DNA of 64,000 bases from the NCBI RefSeq assembly GCF_030684315.1, contig NC_081359.1:17494184-17558183 (forward strand). Direction: 5' to 3'. The position numbers and the translations under genes are program-made. The notes under the pieces were generated by a model. That model worked only from the letters and a program-made list of their open reading frames with translations. It was not told where the DNA came from and did no database searches. Positions within the stretch are counted from its first letter, which is position 1, and each line of letters starts with the position of its first letter. Of the stretch, positions 26,370 to 39,368 are shown one piece after another. The stretch comes from Stegostoma tigrinum. Lineage: Eukaryota.

Positions 26370-26760
26370 ACTTGGTCTATTTGTTAAATCAGGAGTTCAA
26401 ATCTATGCCAGAAATTTGAGCACAAAATGAAGAACTGAGTGAGTGCTGCCCTGTTCAAGTCAACTGACTTTCAGATTAATCTGAAACCCTCTAAATGAGC
26501 ACAAAAGAATGTGGTCACCATTTCAAAGAAGAACAGGGGAACTCTCCTCAGGGTCCTGGCCAATATTTATCCTTCAAACGATATGACTAAATACAGATTA
26601 CCTAGTCATCAGTGCATTGGTGAGATGTTGCTTTGTGCAAATTAGTTGTTGAATGGCCTTTATTGTAGCAATGGCAGTGGTTATAAATATTCCACTGGCT
26701 GTAAAGCACTCCCAAGAATCCTTAAGTCAGAAAAGATTCTGTAGAATAGCAAGTTTATTT
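26370..26760 (+). mobile_element. Deu-domain SINE (SacSINE1/AmnSINE1-like), old
   Basis: gaagaacaggggaactctcc...gtcctggccaatatttatcc and an L2-type tail ggctgtaaagcact...gcaagt. Confidence 0.7.
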
Positions 26761-27639
26761 AATTATTAAAAAATTCATGATTTTAGCCTGGTTTGCTAAT
26801 TTTCTTGAATTAATTAACGTATAAGTAAGCAGGTGATTTCAGTTGAGATTCAAGCATAGAAATACAGGTAACAAGGACAATATCTCAGAACCACTGTGGT
26901 TAGTTGGAAAGCACGGGCTTGATTCAGGATTCAGTTCTGACCTTGAATCATTTATCTCAATAGCAACAACGCCAATGATGTTCTGAGTTTTTTTTACATA
27001 TTGCCAAGACTAACCAAAGAATTCTGCTGGAAAGCAAGCCCCACTGTCACTGGCATCAGAGTAAATGTGAAAATTTGACTAAACGACCAAATTCACCAAT
27101 TCTATCTGTCTAAATCGGGTGAAACGAAAGCGAACACCAGGCTTTTCATCAAAAAGAAACACTTTTTGTTATCATCAATTATTTTGTCAATGGCAAGGAC
27201 AGAAAAATATCACTTAAATTCTACCTCTTTTAAAAATTTGATTACAAATACAAAAAGACACACAAAGAAAAAAGACAAGGGTATTAAGGATGGAAAAGAT
27301 GGGGAGAGGGGACAACTAGGTTGATAACACTAATCTGCACCACAGGAGTTGGAGAGTTGATTCTTTTTTAGTTCCTTATGCTTCCTTTTAGTTATATGCT
27401 AATGGGATAATGTTGTTTGAACACCAATGCTATCTTTCATTCATGGGTTGAGCATTTGCCCCTTTCAGTGTTTCCGAAAATGGTTTTCTCCCTCCTTTTT
27501 TCTTTCAAAAGGCAATTTGCAAAGTAAGTGCTTTATAGGGAAAGAGATGGAATAGCACTTGGAAAATTTTCTGTTAGTTCGCCACACAGGAAGGTCAGGC
27601 AGAGAAATTCGGGTGCTTTCTCTTGGCCGGCTAAATGTT

Positions 27640-28272
27640 TCTGTTCTGGTTGCCACACTAAGGTGTTAGGTACATACGGCACACTGTTAGCAATGGTGGT
27701 ACAGCCAGATACAATAGCAATGTTGAAGAGGCATTTAGACAGACACATGAACAGGCAGGGAACTGAGGGATATGGTTCGTATGCAGGTAGGTGGGATAGT
27801 TGAAAATGGCATCATGGTTAGCATGGATATGGTGGGCCAAAGGGCCTGTTCCTGTCCTGTGTTCTGTACAATGTGGCCAAGGTTTAGTTGGTGAACAGAG
27901 ATTGGGAAAGTTTTAAGAAACAACAAAAAAAAGCCAAAAAATTCTAAAGGAGAAAATAAACTTCGAGGGGAAACTTGCAAGTAATATCAAGATGGACAGC
28001 AAGAGCTTCTTTAAATAAATAAAAAGGAAGAACCTGGGCCCCTAGGATAATGAGATAGGAACATAATGATGGGGAATTAGGAAATTGCAGAGGAGTTGAA
28101 CAAATATTTTATATTAACAGAAGACACTGATGGCAATCCAGAATTACTGAATATCAAGGGACGAAAGGAGGAGAGGAAATGATTAGAAAACTGTCACTAG
28201 AGAAAAAGTGCTAGAGGAACTTCATGAGATGAAAAGCTGATAAATCCCCTGGATCTGATGGGATGCATCCTT
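27640..28272 (+). mobile_element. CR1 fragments (3' end, then an internal ORF2 piece)
   Basis: gcatttagacagacacatgaacaggcaggg; gctgataaatcccctggatctgatgggatgcatcc (DKSPGSDGMHP). Confidence 0.75.
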
Positions 28273-28618
28273 TGCCATTTTTAGTCCACTGTTTAAAATA
28301 TAAAAGCAGTCTAAAGCATTTTCTTATGTGAAATTCTAAAGAGAAGAAATAAAAAGATCACCAACAGCCCAAAATTTTAAGTGATGAAAACTTAGAGTAT
28401 GCGTATATGAGACAGTGAAAGGAAAGAAAGGAAAGTTAAAAAAAAGAGAGGCTTCAGGAAGAGAGAAATGAGAGAGGGGTTAGAATGAGGATGGTTGTTT
28501 ATTTTGGGGGGGGTTTCATGGCCACAGACACAGAAAACAGTCAGTCGATGATTTGTAGCAATTTTCTGACAGTTTATTGAGATTGTTAAGCAGCAGCAAT
28601 TTAGATATGATACATCTA

Positions 28619-28940
28619 GGGAAGCACGGTCGCCCAGCGGTTAGCACTGCTGCCTCACAGCACCAGGGACTCGGGTTTGATTCCAACCTTGGGTGACTGT
28701 CTCTGTGAGTTTGCACATTCTCCCCGTGTCTGCGTGGGTTTCCTCTGGGTGCTTTGGCTTCTTCCCACAGTCCAAAAATGTGCAGGTTAAGCGGATTGGC
28801 CATGCTAAATTGCCCATAGTGTTCAGGGATGTGTAGATTAGGTGGATTAGAGGGGGGAAGGGTCTGGGTGGGATGCTCTGAGGTTTGGTCTGGACTTGTT
28901 GGGCTGAAGGGCTTGTTTCCATACTGTAAGGATTCGATGA
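28619..28940 (+). mobile_element. HE1-type V-SINE
   Basis: Same family as 20454-20772, opposite strand. Confidence 0.9.
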
Positions 28941-30019
28941 ATATTAGTTAATTTGACAAACTGTGACAGATGAGAATGCTTTATCGATCCTAAAGCCACT
29001 GTGTGGAATGGAGGAGCAGGGGTTGTGGTATTGGTGTGGTACAATGTTTGTCTTTGATGTGATATAGTCTTTGGTGGCAATGCCCAGTGTTCTTCCTCAA
29101 TCTGATGAAGGGGAATTCTTCGTCTTCGCTACAGAAAATAGTGGCTCAGTCCCTGGATCCTCTCGCACCCACTCCTTCCACCTACCCCAGTTGTTATATC
29201 TCATTTTCGGACGGGTGACAATCTATGGTTTGTCAGTCACTTGTCTAAACCCTTTCAACCAGAGACCATGGGCAACTACTTATAATGCCAGGATGACTAC
29301 TGTGCCCTTTCCCACCTTCATTTGAAGGTTAGTTTTTACTAATTCTAACAACAAAAACTTCTTATTCTTCCAAATACAGCATTTCTAATCAGGTAGTATG
29401 GCACCCAAAAAATCTTTAAGTTTATGTTTGTAGAAAGCTAATTACCACTGTAACATAGTTTAATGAGGCCTCACGCTGCATTGGAAATACAGAAAATGGA
29501 ATACCAGAAGAACTCAGTTTTAAAGGGGACCAAATTTACAACATTTTGTTCAAATGCAAGGACACAAAGGAATGATCCATGTGGGAAGGGAAAAAAACAC
29601 TCAGACCAGAGGAGACTTGAGAGGCAGGACCAATTGCTCAGACTGCATACTCAGTAAAAATTAACCTTAAATGAATACATACACAAAGAAGTAGGGGAGG
29701 CCATCCAAAGTACAGATTAATAGGAATTTTTCAAAATACAAAGAATCAATGCATTATCCTTTTGTTTATGACTCATTACTCATGTAACACAAGGTTCTCC
29801 AACAGCCTGGTTCCGTGAAGAGATTAGTCATGCAACTCATAGTGACCCAGCCTTACAAGAAACACATCTGCTGTTAAATGGACAGTCAAACATTGAGTGA
29901 GTGGGTGGGGAAAATGTCATCTGCTTCGTAACATCCTCAGATTAGAGATCCAGTAATTACCTATGAAACAAGTGGCAGTAATCTGGCAGTAAGACAGAAT
30001 TACAAATGAAAGTATGTTT

Positions 30020-30400
30020 CCTCAGGGATGATTCATCATCACTGATTTCTAACCACCTAAAATACATCTCATTCTGATCAGAGAATTCATCTACACTGAT
30101 AATACCGTGTTCGTCACCAACTCAGAAACTCACCTACAAAGACTCATAGACTGTCCATTCCACACCTGTAACTTGTTCTCCTTGACTATATGTCTAGAAA
30201 ACCATGGTCATGGGACATGGTATACTTTTCCTGATCACACTAAATAACACCACACCAAGTGGTTAACAGATTCTACCACCTCAGGTCAACAGTGACAGTC
30301 ACTCCCTTGATGCAGAACTTGGCATACACAGAGGAAAAGCAGATAACAAACTTAGCCGACTCAAGGAACAACACGTGGAACAACACCAAGCAGACAATAT
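30020..30400 (+). mobile_element. Old RTE LINE fragment (RT motif region); probably continues at ~33680-33990
   Basis: Translates LIREFIYTDNTVFVTNSETHLQRLID, a degenerate form of the RTE LLYADD...LQRL motif. Confidence 0.6.
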
Positions 30401-30410
30401 GACCATTCTG

Positions 30411-30611
30411 AGATAACAAGGTGTAGAACTGGATGAACACAGCATTAAAAGCAGCATTAGAGGAGTAGGAAGGCTGACGTTTCGGGCCTAGACCCTTCTT
30501 CAGAAGTAGGGCCTCGGCCCAAAACATCAGCTTTCCTGCTTGGCCTGCTGTGTTCATCCAGCTCTACACCTTGTTATCTCAGATTCTCCAGCATCTGCAG
30601 TTCCTATTAAC
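30411..30611. mobile_element. Fold-back Penelope-derived mini-element (family 1) with 13-bp TSD
   Basis: TSD tatgaccattctg at 30398-30410 and 30612-30624; long inverted arms; homologous to the 3' end of the Penelope element at 43445-43580. Confidence 0.85.
30473..30506 (-). ncRNA. Minimal hammerhead ribozyme motif
   Basis: Minus strand CUGAAGA-agggucuaggccc-GAAAC-GUC: conserved core, stem II and palindromic ACGU stem III. Confidence 0.7.
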
Positions 30612-30714
30612 TATGACCATTCTGGTGGTTTATATAGCTGCATTCTCAAAATTTTGATGGATGGCTGTCAAACATAGACAAATTATATCTACCAGAAAAA
30701 AAATGTACTTATGA

Positions 30715-33550
30715 ATCAGGAACAGAAGGCCTTTCAACATGTGACTATTCAATAAGATCATTGTTGATCTTTTGTGTTTTGAATTCCACATTCCTATTTA
30801 TCTTCTGGTAACTTTCAACACTTTTGCATAACAAGAATGTATCTAGTTCTTCCTAAAATGGTCCCACCTGCTCCATTTCTGAGGCACAGTATTCCAGTGT
30901 TACAAAACCCCCTTAGGGAAAACAAGTCTTCTTGTCTCAGACCTAAAAGGTTGACCTCGAGTTTTAAAACAGTGCTTCCTGGATCTGGCCTGATCCATGT
31001 CAGGAAACAGTTCTTCCACATCAATCTTGTCAAGACTGTTCTTTACTTCAGTCAAGTCACTTTATTCACACTTCTAAACACCAGTGGAAACAAGCCAGCC
31101 TTTCTAATCTTTCCCCTTAAGTCAATCTGTTCATGTCAAGTATTAATAAAGTAAACTCCTCCAAACTCTGGGCAACGCATTTATATTTTCTCTTAAACAG
31201 GAGAACTAAATGGCACACAGTATTCACGATACACTGCCTTCATTACCAGAAGCATAACGATCATTCATTTATGTTTGTTTCTTCTCGTAATAAAGCATAA
31301 CATCCCATTATATTTCTTCACTACCTGCTGCACCTAACAACTTATTATTGTTCATGCACTAGAAATCTAGATATCTCTGTATATAAGAATTCTGCAATTG
31401 TTATCCATTCATTTTGCTTTTCTCATTCTTCCTGTCAAAGTGGACAGCATCATATTTTCTCAGACACCAGATTTTTGTCCAATTAATCAATCTATATCCA
31501 TCTGAGTTCTCATGTCCTCTTCACATTACACTTTCCTACGTCTTTTGGTGTCATCTGCAAATTTAGCTATCAAGTCTTCACCCCCCTGAGTCATTGATAT
31601 GAATTGTAAAAAGCTGAACTCAGTGCAGACTGCTGCAGGTTTCCACTCGTCACAAAAAGAAAGCAAAGAACTACAGATGCTGGAATCAGTTCTGAAGCGG
31701 TGGGGGGGGGGTCACTGGAATCAAAACACTAAGTCTGTTTCTTTCTGCACAGATGCTGCCAGAGTTTCTCCAGCAATTTTTGTTTTTTTCTCTCTCTATT
31801 CATTACGTCCTGCTAATCAGAAAAACACTCATTTATGCATTCTGTCATCTGCCAGCCAGTCAATCTTCTATCAATGCTAATATGGTTGCCCCTCCACTAT
31901 GTGCTTGTATTCTGTATAATAACCTTTGATACAGTACCTTGTCAAAGGCCTACTAGAATTTCAAATATAGTATATCCATATATTCCCTTTTATCAAGGTA
32001 ACATTAATTCTTCAAAGAACTCCAATAAATTGGTTAAACACAAGTTCCCTTCGACAGAACCATTCCCTTGAATTTTCTAAGTGCACAGCTGTAACAGCCT
32101 GAATGACTGATCCTAAAACAAGCTCCACAACAAGCAAAAAGCTAACAGGCCTACAGTTTCCTGCTTTTTGCCTCCGTCTCTTCTTGAATAGAGGAGTTAT
32201 ATGATGTTTGCTACTTTCCAGTGTTGTGAAACATTCCCTAAATCTAGTGAATTGTGGAAAATTAACAGCAACACATCTAATATCTCATTAGACAACTTTT
32301 TTAGGCGCTGGGGTGAAGTCCATCTGGACCCTGAGACTTGCCAGCCCATAATTCTATCATCTTTCTCAGTACCACTTGCCTGGTGATTGTAATTTCAACA
32401 AGTCCCTCTCATACTTCTATCTCCTGGCTTACAATTGGAATTTTTTTTGTATTGTCTACAGCAAAAAAGCAAAATATTTATTTATTTCATGAGTTATTCC
32501 CTTATTATCTATTATTTACTCCATATTCACATTCTCTAGAGAGCCAACATTCATATTACTTTTTTCTTTTTTAGAAACTCTTATCATCCATTTTTACATT
32601 TCAAGCCAGGTTCCACTCAGGTTCTAATTTCTTTCCCCCAATTCATGTTTTAGTCATTCTCTGTAATTCTTTACATTTTGACCAATCATCTGACATGCTA
32701 TCCACCTTCATTCAATTAAAGGCTTTTTCTGTAAATTTGATGCTTTTCCCAATCTCTTTAGTTAACCAAGGATGGTGGATTCTCCCATGAAATTTCTTTT
32801 AGAGCAGAGGCATATGTATTCTGAAACACAGCCTGAGATGTCTGTCACTGTGCCTCCAGTGATCTATCATTATCCTATCATGCCAGTTCATTTCAGCTGG
32901 TTCATCTTTCATTGCCAAATTATTGCCCATATTTAAGTTTAAAACACCAATTTGGACCTGCTGTTCTCTATTTGAATGCAAAATTCAATCACATTGTGGT
33001 TGCTAATACTTAACACTGAGCCTTTACACTGTGCTCAATAATTAATCCTATCACATTTCACACTACCAAGTCTAGTTTAACCCACATTCTGAAAATTTCC
33101 GGTACCTGATGCTATATGGAACTGTCCTGAAAGCATTCTATGAACTCTTCATCATGGCTACTACTGCCAATTTGATTTTCCCAGTTTATATTAGATTAAA
33201 TTCACCCATCATTATTATCATCCCTTTAACACAAGCAGCCAATATTTATTTTTGGATACTTAACCTGACATTGCATTATTGTTCCTGGTTCAGCAGACCA
33301 CCTCCACTGGTGACTTATATTCTCTACTATGTCTCATCTCCACTTAAAACAAGTCCACATCCTGATTAGCTGAACCACGGTCATCTCTAGCTCTTGCACA
33401 AATGCCATCCTTGATTAACAATCCTACTCCTCCAAATTTACCTAGCTTCTAAGTTTCTTCTCCTTGAATGCCATATACGCTTCAATATTCAAGACCCAAT
33501 CCTTGTTATCATGTAACTACATGGCTGTAATGGTTATCAGATCATATTTA
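30715..33550 (-). mobile_element. Long, highly decayed CR1 (APE to 3' tail) with a Penelope mini-element inserted at ~31655-31790
   Basis: ggtgtcatctgcaaattt (reverse of KFADDT), acaggcctacagtttcctgc (reverse of GNxRPV), cagtaccttgtcaaaggc (reverse of AFDKVL). Confidence 0.8.
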
Positions 33551-35919
33551 TTTCAAAGTAGTTGCCCACAGTTGTTAGTGTCAGCAATTCTTCTCTGAAT
33601 GTGTACTATTAACTTGTTTATCTCATTATCAATGCTACACGCGTTGAAGTACATCGTATTTGGCTTTGTACCATCTAGTCTTGACTAAAGCTCAACATTT
33701 CCATCTTGTTGACAAATTACGTACTTTTTCCAGCAAGACAAAAACACTAAAACAGCAATCTTCGAGGCAGAGCTGTCGAGTACACTGACACCTGTGAACC
33801 AAAGGCACAGATTCTGTGCATCAAGCATGTCTGCATGATGGAAAATGTTTGCACGCCCAAGACCCTTCCACATGGTAATGTAGCCAGACCCAAATAACTA
33901 ATGCAGCATTCAACACTTCACTTCAAGGAAGCTTGCAAGTGTGATCTGAAGGGCCTAAACATGGAATATCACACCAATGGGTCACAAAAGTCACCAAGAA
34001 AATTTGTCAGTTTTTCTTATATGCGCAAGCATATCTCAGGTGGGACTTGAACATAAACTCATCTGATTCAGCAAGAAGTGTGCTATCAAGTGAACATGTG
34101 AAAGTTTGCAGTGGGTCCTTACATTTATCACTTCTCTCTGATCTCAGTAAAGCCCTTTGAGCATGTCACGTGATGTTAAGTAAACTTTAATATTAATGAG
34201 ACCTTCCTATGCACAGATTAGTCACCGTATTTCCTGTATTGCAATAGTGACTAAACTTCAGTGTTAGGTTTTCAAGTGAATTTTAGCAGAGCAGAAAGAG
34301 GTAGAAAAGTTTAGTTGTTAATTCTAGAGCTTAGGTCCTTAGCACTTGAAGACATGACCATCAAAGGTGATGCAATTTAAATCAGTGACAAGAAGCCAAA
34401 ATTATCAAGGTAAAGAGATCAAGGGGAGGGGTCATGAAGTGGCAAACCAAAAGGATAATCAGTGAAACCTGTGGTCTGGGACCATTGAACAACCTTTGCC
34501 ATTTTTCCCCTCAACACATAACATCTCATCTTTTTTTGTCTGACCATCATCTATGTGAGACTGCAGAGGGAGTTTTAAAAGTGGATTGTACAGTGTTAAC
34601 TCGTGAGTTATATGGTGACAGTTCATAGTGTCATGTTTACTTGAAATTAGAATATATCTATTTGAAACAAATAGTAATTCTTGTTAAGTACAGAAACCTA
34701 CTTTTAAGAAAATAGGCAATTTTGGAAATTTTGCATACTTACACAAAATCTTTGATTTTTTTCAATAATTTTGGGATGGGGGTGCTAAATACAATAAGGA
34801 TGAGCTTGGGAATGGGTGAGAAAGTGGCTGTGCAACTCCTGCTCTATTTTCATCCCTAGTCAAAAACACACCCAGTGTGGAATGAAATATCCAGCTGATG
34901 CAAGAGAACAGTGTCAATATGCCAAGGTGCTGCTGATCTTTAACTTACCCTCTACGCTTTTCAATTCTATCCCTTTAAAAATGAACTGAGTACGTAGTTT
35001 GCATATTTTCTTATGGCTTTGGTAACCTGTGGCGCATTTTTGTTTTAGCCAATCATCAAGCTCTGCTGAATTCTGAAAGCAAATTGTACACAACTCGTAA
35101 AGGTACAGAACGGAGGCACTTTCTCTTATTTGTACATTCAAACTGGGGCTTCTCATAAATCAACTTGTACCTATGGAATGGTGATTCAATTACGTTGAAC
35201 ATTACACTGCAGAATTTGCTGTAAAAATAACAATGAGTATAATGGTGCACACTGCAAGTGATGTGTAAATTTTTCAGCAATTAGTGGTGATAAAGAGATT
35301 TCTCATGAGTTGTGAAAACCCACAAGTTGTTGGATGGACTTCTTTGCCTCAAACTCAAAAACAGCTACTCATCCTCAAATGTCTTTGTGAGTTTTGTGAA
35401 GTTACTGCAAGTATATTAATTACCCATTAAACTTGCCTCAGAGTAAGGCTGGTACTTAATAACTTAAATCACCCTTGATAGACAATATATAGTCACTGCA
35501 ATGCCAATGAACTTCTCTAGGCGAGACAGCAAACTGTGGAGTCATATTTTTATAGATTATTTATTCTGTTTTGAGAATATTTTAATGTCCAAACGGTTTT
35601 ATTCATTTCCTCTTTGTTCTTTGTCTTTATTCAATTTCCCTCAATCCAATCATTTTTTTTGTCTTTTCACTTCTCTGATATGATTCTAACTCATCTTATT
35701 TCCTTTTGCATCTTAGCTGCTTCCTTCCTAATTCTTAAAACTCATGGATTGGACTGCTGGTCCTGTAATTCACCAAGGTCCTGATGTTCTTCTGCTCTTT
35801 TTATCAATTCGTCCGCCCAGGGAAAATTTTTTATTCAAACTGAAGTTTGATGGAAATAGTCAAGCCAATTGTGTATGCATGAAATGCCACAAATTCTGAG
35901 TTATTGTTGTTCATAATTG

Positions 35920-36206
35920 GTAGGAATTTTCTAACACAATGAGTGAGAATCATTTCAAGTTTCACTTCTCAGAAATCAATGGACAAAGTGTTGCACACTC
36001 TCATGGAACAGCCCAAACCACAGGAAACCGATAAGCAAGTTAAAGATTTAGCTCATAGTTTTAAAAAAAGCTAACACGTCAAAACTAATTTTATCTGATA
36101 CAAGGCAGGTGCCTTCAGTGTTAACGATTTACAATTTGACACAACGTGAGAAGCGTAGAGGATAGTCCAACTACAAACACAAATTAAAGGTGTTCAGTGT
36201 GTAAGT
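35920..36206 (+). promoter_or_regulatory. Candidate GPR183 promoter and non-coding first exon ending at the donor GTAAGT (36201-36206)
   Basis: TE-poor stretch; STAT-type TTCTCAGAA at 35966, adjacent RUNX AACCACA / ETS CAGGAA / GATAAG at 36016-36035, AT-rich TATA-like box at ~36060, consensus donor ~140 bp later; position fits the two-exon human gene. Confidence 0.45.
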
Positions 36207-37164
36207 ACTGATTCTTTCTCAAAATTTAAAATTTAATTGTGAACTAAGTGAAGTATTTTACCCCCTTTTGTAAAATGATTTTGTGGGTTACTCGTGTTGG
36301 CTTTCTTCAAATTTTTACCTTGAGGCACAATTCTCATACTGCTGCTTAAATAATATGCTTTTGTGGTTGCAAATTGATAAATTTAATTCACTTTGTGAAA
36401 TACCTTTTCAAGAATGTTTCTTTATAAAACAATGTAAAGCTATCATTAGTTTTAATTTCTGACAAAAGTAGTTGAATGAATCAATCAAAAAAATTATGCA
36501 GCAATTTATTTAAGAAAAGGCTTTTCATAATTATGGTATACCTTCAAATACAGTTTGTAACATGGCAGATAATTTAAATTAATACATTCTGAGAAACAGC
36601 AAAGGTCATGCAAATTTCCCCAACAATGCAATATGAAATATACAACATACTTACATTATTAAACTACTGTTCATAAACATTATCACAGAAAAAGCATTTT
36701 GTAACATAGGAGTAAGAAACGTGCTTAGGATGGGGAAAGGTGTGACAGAACTGGAGGTTGGAAAGTAGAAGTTCAAAAGCAAAGGAGGGAAACAGTGTAC
36801 AAACTTACAAAGCTACCAAGAATTAAATACACGTGACCAGATTAGCACTTGTGGTATTTATTAACGTAGGATTCATCCGAGTAGCGTTACATTATTCCAA
36901 GCACCATAAGGAAACCATGGTAGTTAAGAACTATATTTAAGAACTTTTTCATATTAAGTGAATAGTTTGATCTGCAGTGTCCTTGGATTGAGCTGCTTCT
37001 CCTACACGCACAAATTAGTTGAGATTGTATTGTGAAATATTAGTAATGAATTTGCACTTTTTTTTAAAAAGTGCATGAATCCATTTATTTGAATGCCTTC
37101 TTAGCAAACAATATAAGTTAATTCAAATGTATTAATGCACCAGGCAGAGTTAAACAAAAAAGGT

Positions 37165-37460
37165 TTTTCATCTTATCATGGGATGTGAACATTCCTGTCA
37201 AGGCCAGCATTTGCTCACTCTCCTTAATTGCCTTCAGAGGATACTTGCAAGCTGCCTCCTTGAACCACTGCTGTCCATTTTCTATAGATATACCTGTACT
37301 GTGAAGAAGGGAGTCCAAAGTTTTTGACCCAGCTACAGTGAAAGACGGTGTGCGACTTGTATCCGCATGAACAAGCTGCGATTCTAACTAACTGAGGTTC
37401 TGGATTTGGCAGGTATTGTTGAAAGAGGCTTGTTGAGCTGCTGCGATGCATTTTATATTA
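37165..37460 (-). mobile_element. LINE-X 3' fragment
   Basis: catgggatgtgaacattcctgtcaaggccagcattt...ccttgaaccactgc is the reverse complement of the LINE-X tail. Confidence 0.7.
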
Positions 37461-37734
37461 TATATGTACTACATCATAATTAGAGAACCAAAACATGCCA
37501 TTTGGTCAACTGCTGTCTGGTAAATATACCACTCAAAAGCTTTCTCCCAACCTCCTCAATCTGACTTTATCAGCATATCCTTCAATTCCTTTCTCTCTTA
37601 TATGCTTAGCTTTCTGTTAAAACCTTCAGAAGCTTCTCCAATTATTTAGAATTAAAGGAATCTGTCTTGCAGCAAATTATTCCTTTCAAATATGCACTTC
37701 ATAAGCAAGGAATGACAGAAAGCAGCAAAGTACC

Positions 37735-37862
37735 TTTCCTTATTAACCAATTTTTCTAATCAACCTGTTTAGTGATGTTATTATGCACTTCTAGAGCAGG
37801 TGGGACTTGAACCTGTGCCTCTTGGTCCAGGAGTAGGGGCACTACTATTATACCACAAGAAG
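37735..37862 (-). mobile_element. Short tRNA-derived SINE (~120 bp)
   Basis: B box ggttcaagtccc on the minus strand; homologous to 52593-52707. Confidence 0.6.
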
Positions 37863-38264
37863 TACGACATTTGTACCTCTGTACCTCTCTCTAGGTAGAG
37901 AATTTATAATTCTCAAAAGGCTTTTCCTGGAGTCCTTAATAAACTTGTTTTAAGATCACTAAATTGACGTAATTAGTTTTATTGAATTCCTTATTGAACT
38001 CCATTACAATTTTAAAGCTCTGTCAGAACACCCTTAACCTTAATTTATTTTCAGGGGTCCCAACTACTTCTCTCTTAATGCTTGACAGTTGTACCCTATC
38101 AGTTCCAGCATGTGACATTTCGCAAATCTTTTTTGCCTCTCCTTTGTGCCTCTATATCCTTCTTATGTTATGGAAAGCAGAAATGTTCAGTGCACCAAGT
38201 GCAGTATAATTAAGGCTGCTCGCAGATTTAGCATAGCTTCTCTACAATAGGCTTCTCTTGAAAC

Positions 38265-38620
38265 AGCAACTTGCTATTATGTAACATCTATAGATTAATA
38301 ACACTTCCCACAGTGCTTCATCGAAGCATTATCAGGTAAAAAAAATTGACAGTGAGCAAAAGAATGAGACAGCAGAACAATTCAAAGATTTAAGGAATAT
38401 TTTGAAGAAACAATGAGATGCTGTGAAGTATAGGAAGGGGAATTCTGGGACAAATGGCTGATAGAGCTGAAAGCACAGGTGTTGTTGATGGACAAAAGAA
38501 ATCAAGAATGTATGAGAGGTCAAAAAGTGGACCAATGCCAATTCTCCAGAAGGGATGAGGGTGTAGAGATTATAGCAATAGGCAGGGGCAAGGTTATGGA
38601 GGATTTCAACACAGGGATGA
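38265..38620 (-). mobile_element. Old L2 LINE 3' fragment
   Basis: Similar to 3910-4090 and 34260-34450. Confidence 0.55.
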
Positions 38621-39006
38621 GTAAAATGTCACTTGCACATGTCACAGTCAGTGTCACATATCGTTACTGCTAATTTATGCTGTGAATGTATAAATGTGAT
38701 TGAGACTGATAGCGAAGTTGCACAAAATGCTTTTTCGGAAAAAAAGTCCCAGCCTGTTCTGTCGTTTCTAATAGATGGAATAACTCAGTATTATTGTTAA
38801 TCTTATTTTTACACTTTCTCCAGCACCTTCATATATACAATACAGAGGACATAACTGTACACAGAATCTGCTCTAATCAAGATTTTAAAAAGTGTAGAGG
38901 TAGGGATGATAGTTATTTCTCAGATAGTGAAAGTTGTCAGAACTATCGATGACGAAGCCTTGGTGGTAAGACATGAACAGACAACAGCCATATGTCATAA
39001 TAGGTT

Positions 39007-39368
39007 ATAGAATCATAGAATCCCTACAGTGTGGAAACAGGCCCTTCAGCCCAACAAGTCCACACTGACTGTCTAAAGAGCATTCCACGCAGACCCACCA
39101 CTTACTCTATCCCTGTAACCCTGCATTTCCCATGGCTAATCCACTTAAACTGCAAATCCCTGGCCCCCCAGGGCAATTTAGCATGGCCAGTTGACCTAAC
39201 CTGCACATCATTGGACTGTGGGAGGAAACCTGAGCACCCAGAGGAAACTTACGCAGACACAGGGAGAACGTGTGAACTCCACACAGTCAGTCACCCGGGG
39301 CTAGAATTGAACCTGGGTCCCTGGTGTTGTGAGGCAACAGTGGTAACCACTGAGCCACTGTAGCACCC
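39007..39368 (-). mobile_element. HE1-type V-SINE (longer subfamily)
   Basis: A and B boxes, V domain, (attctatg)n tail. Confidence 0.9.
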
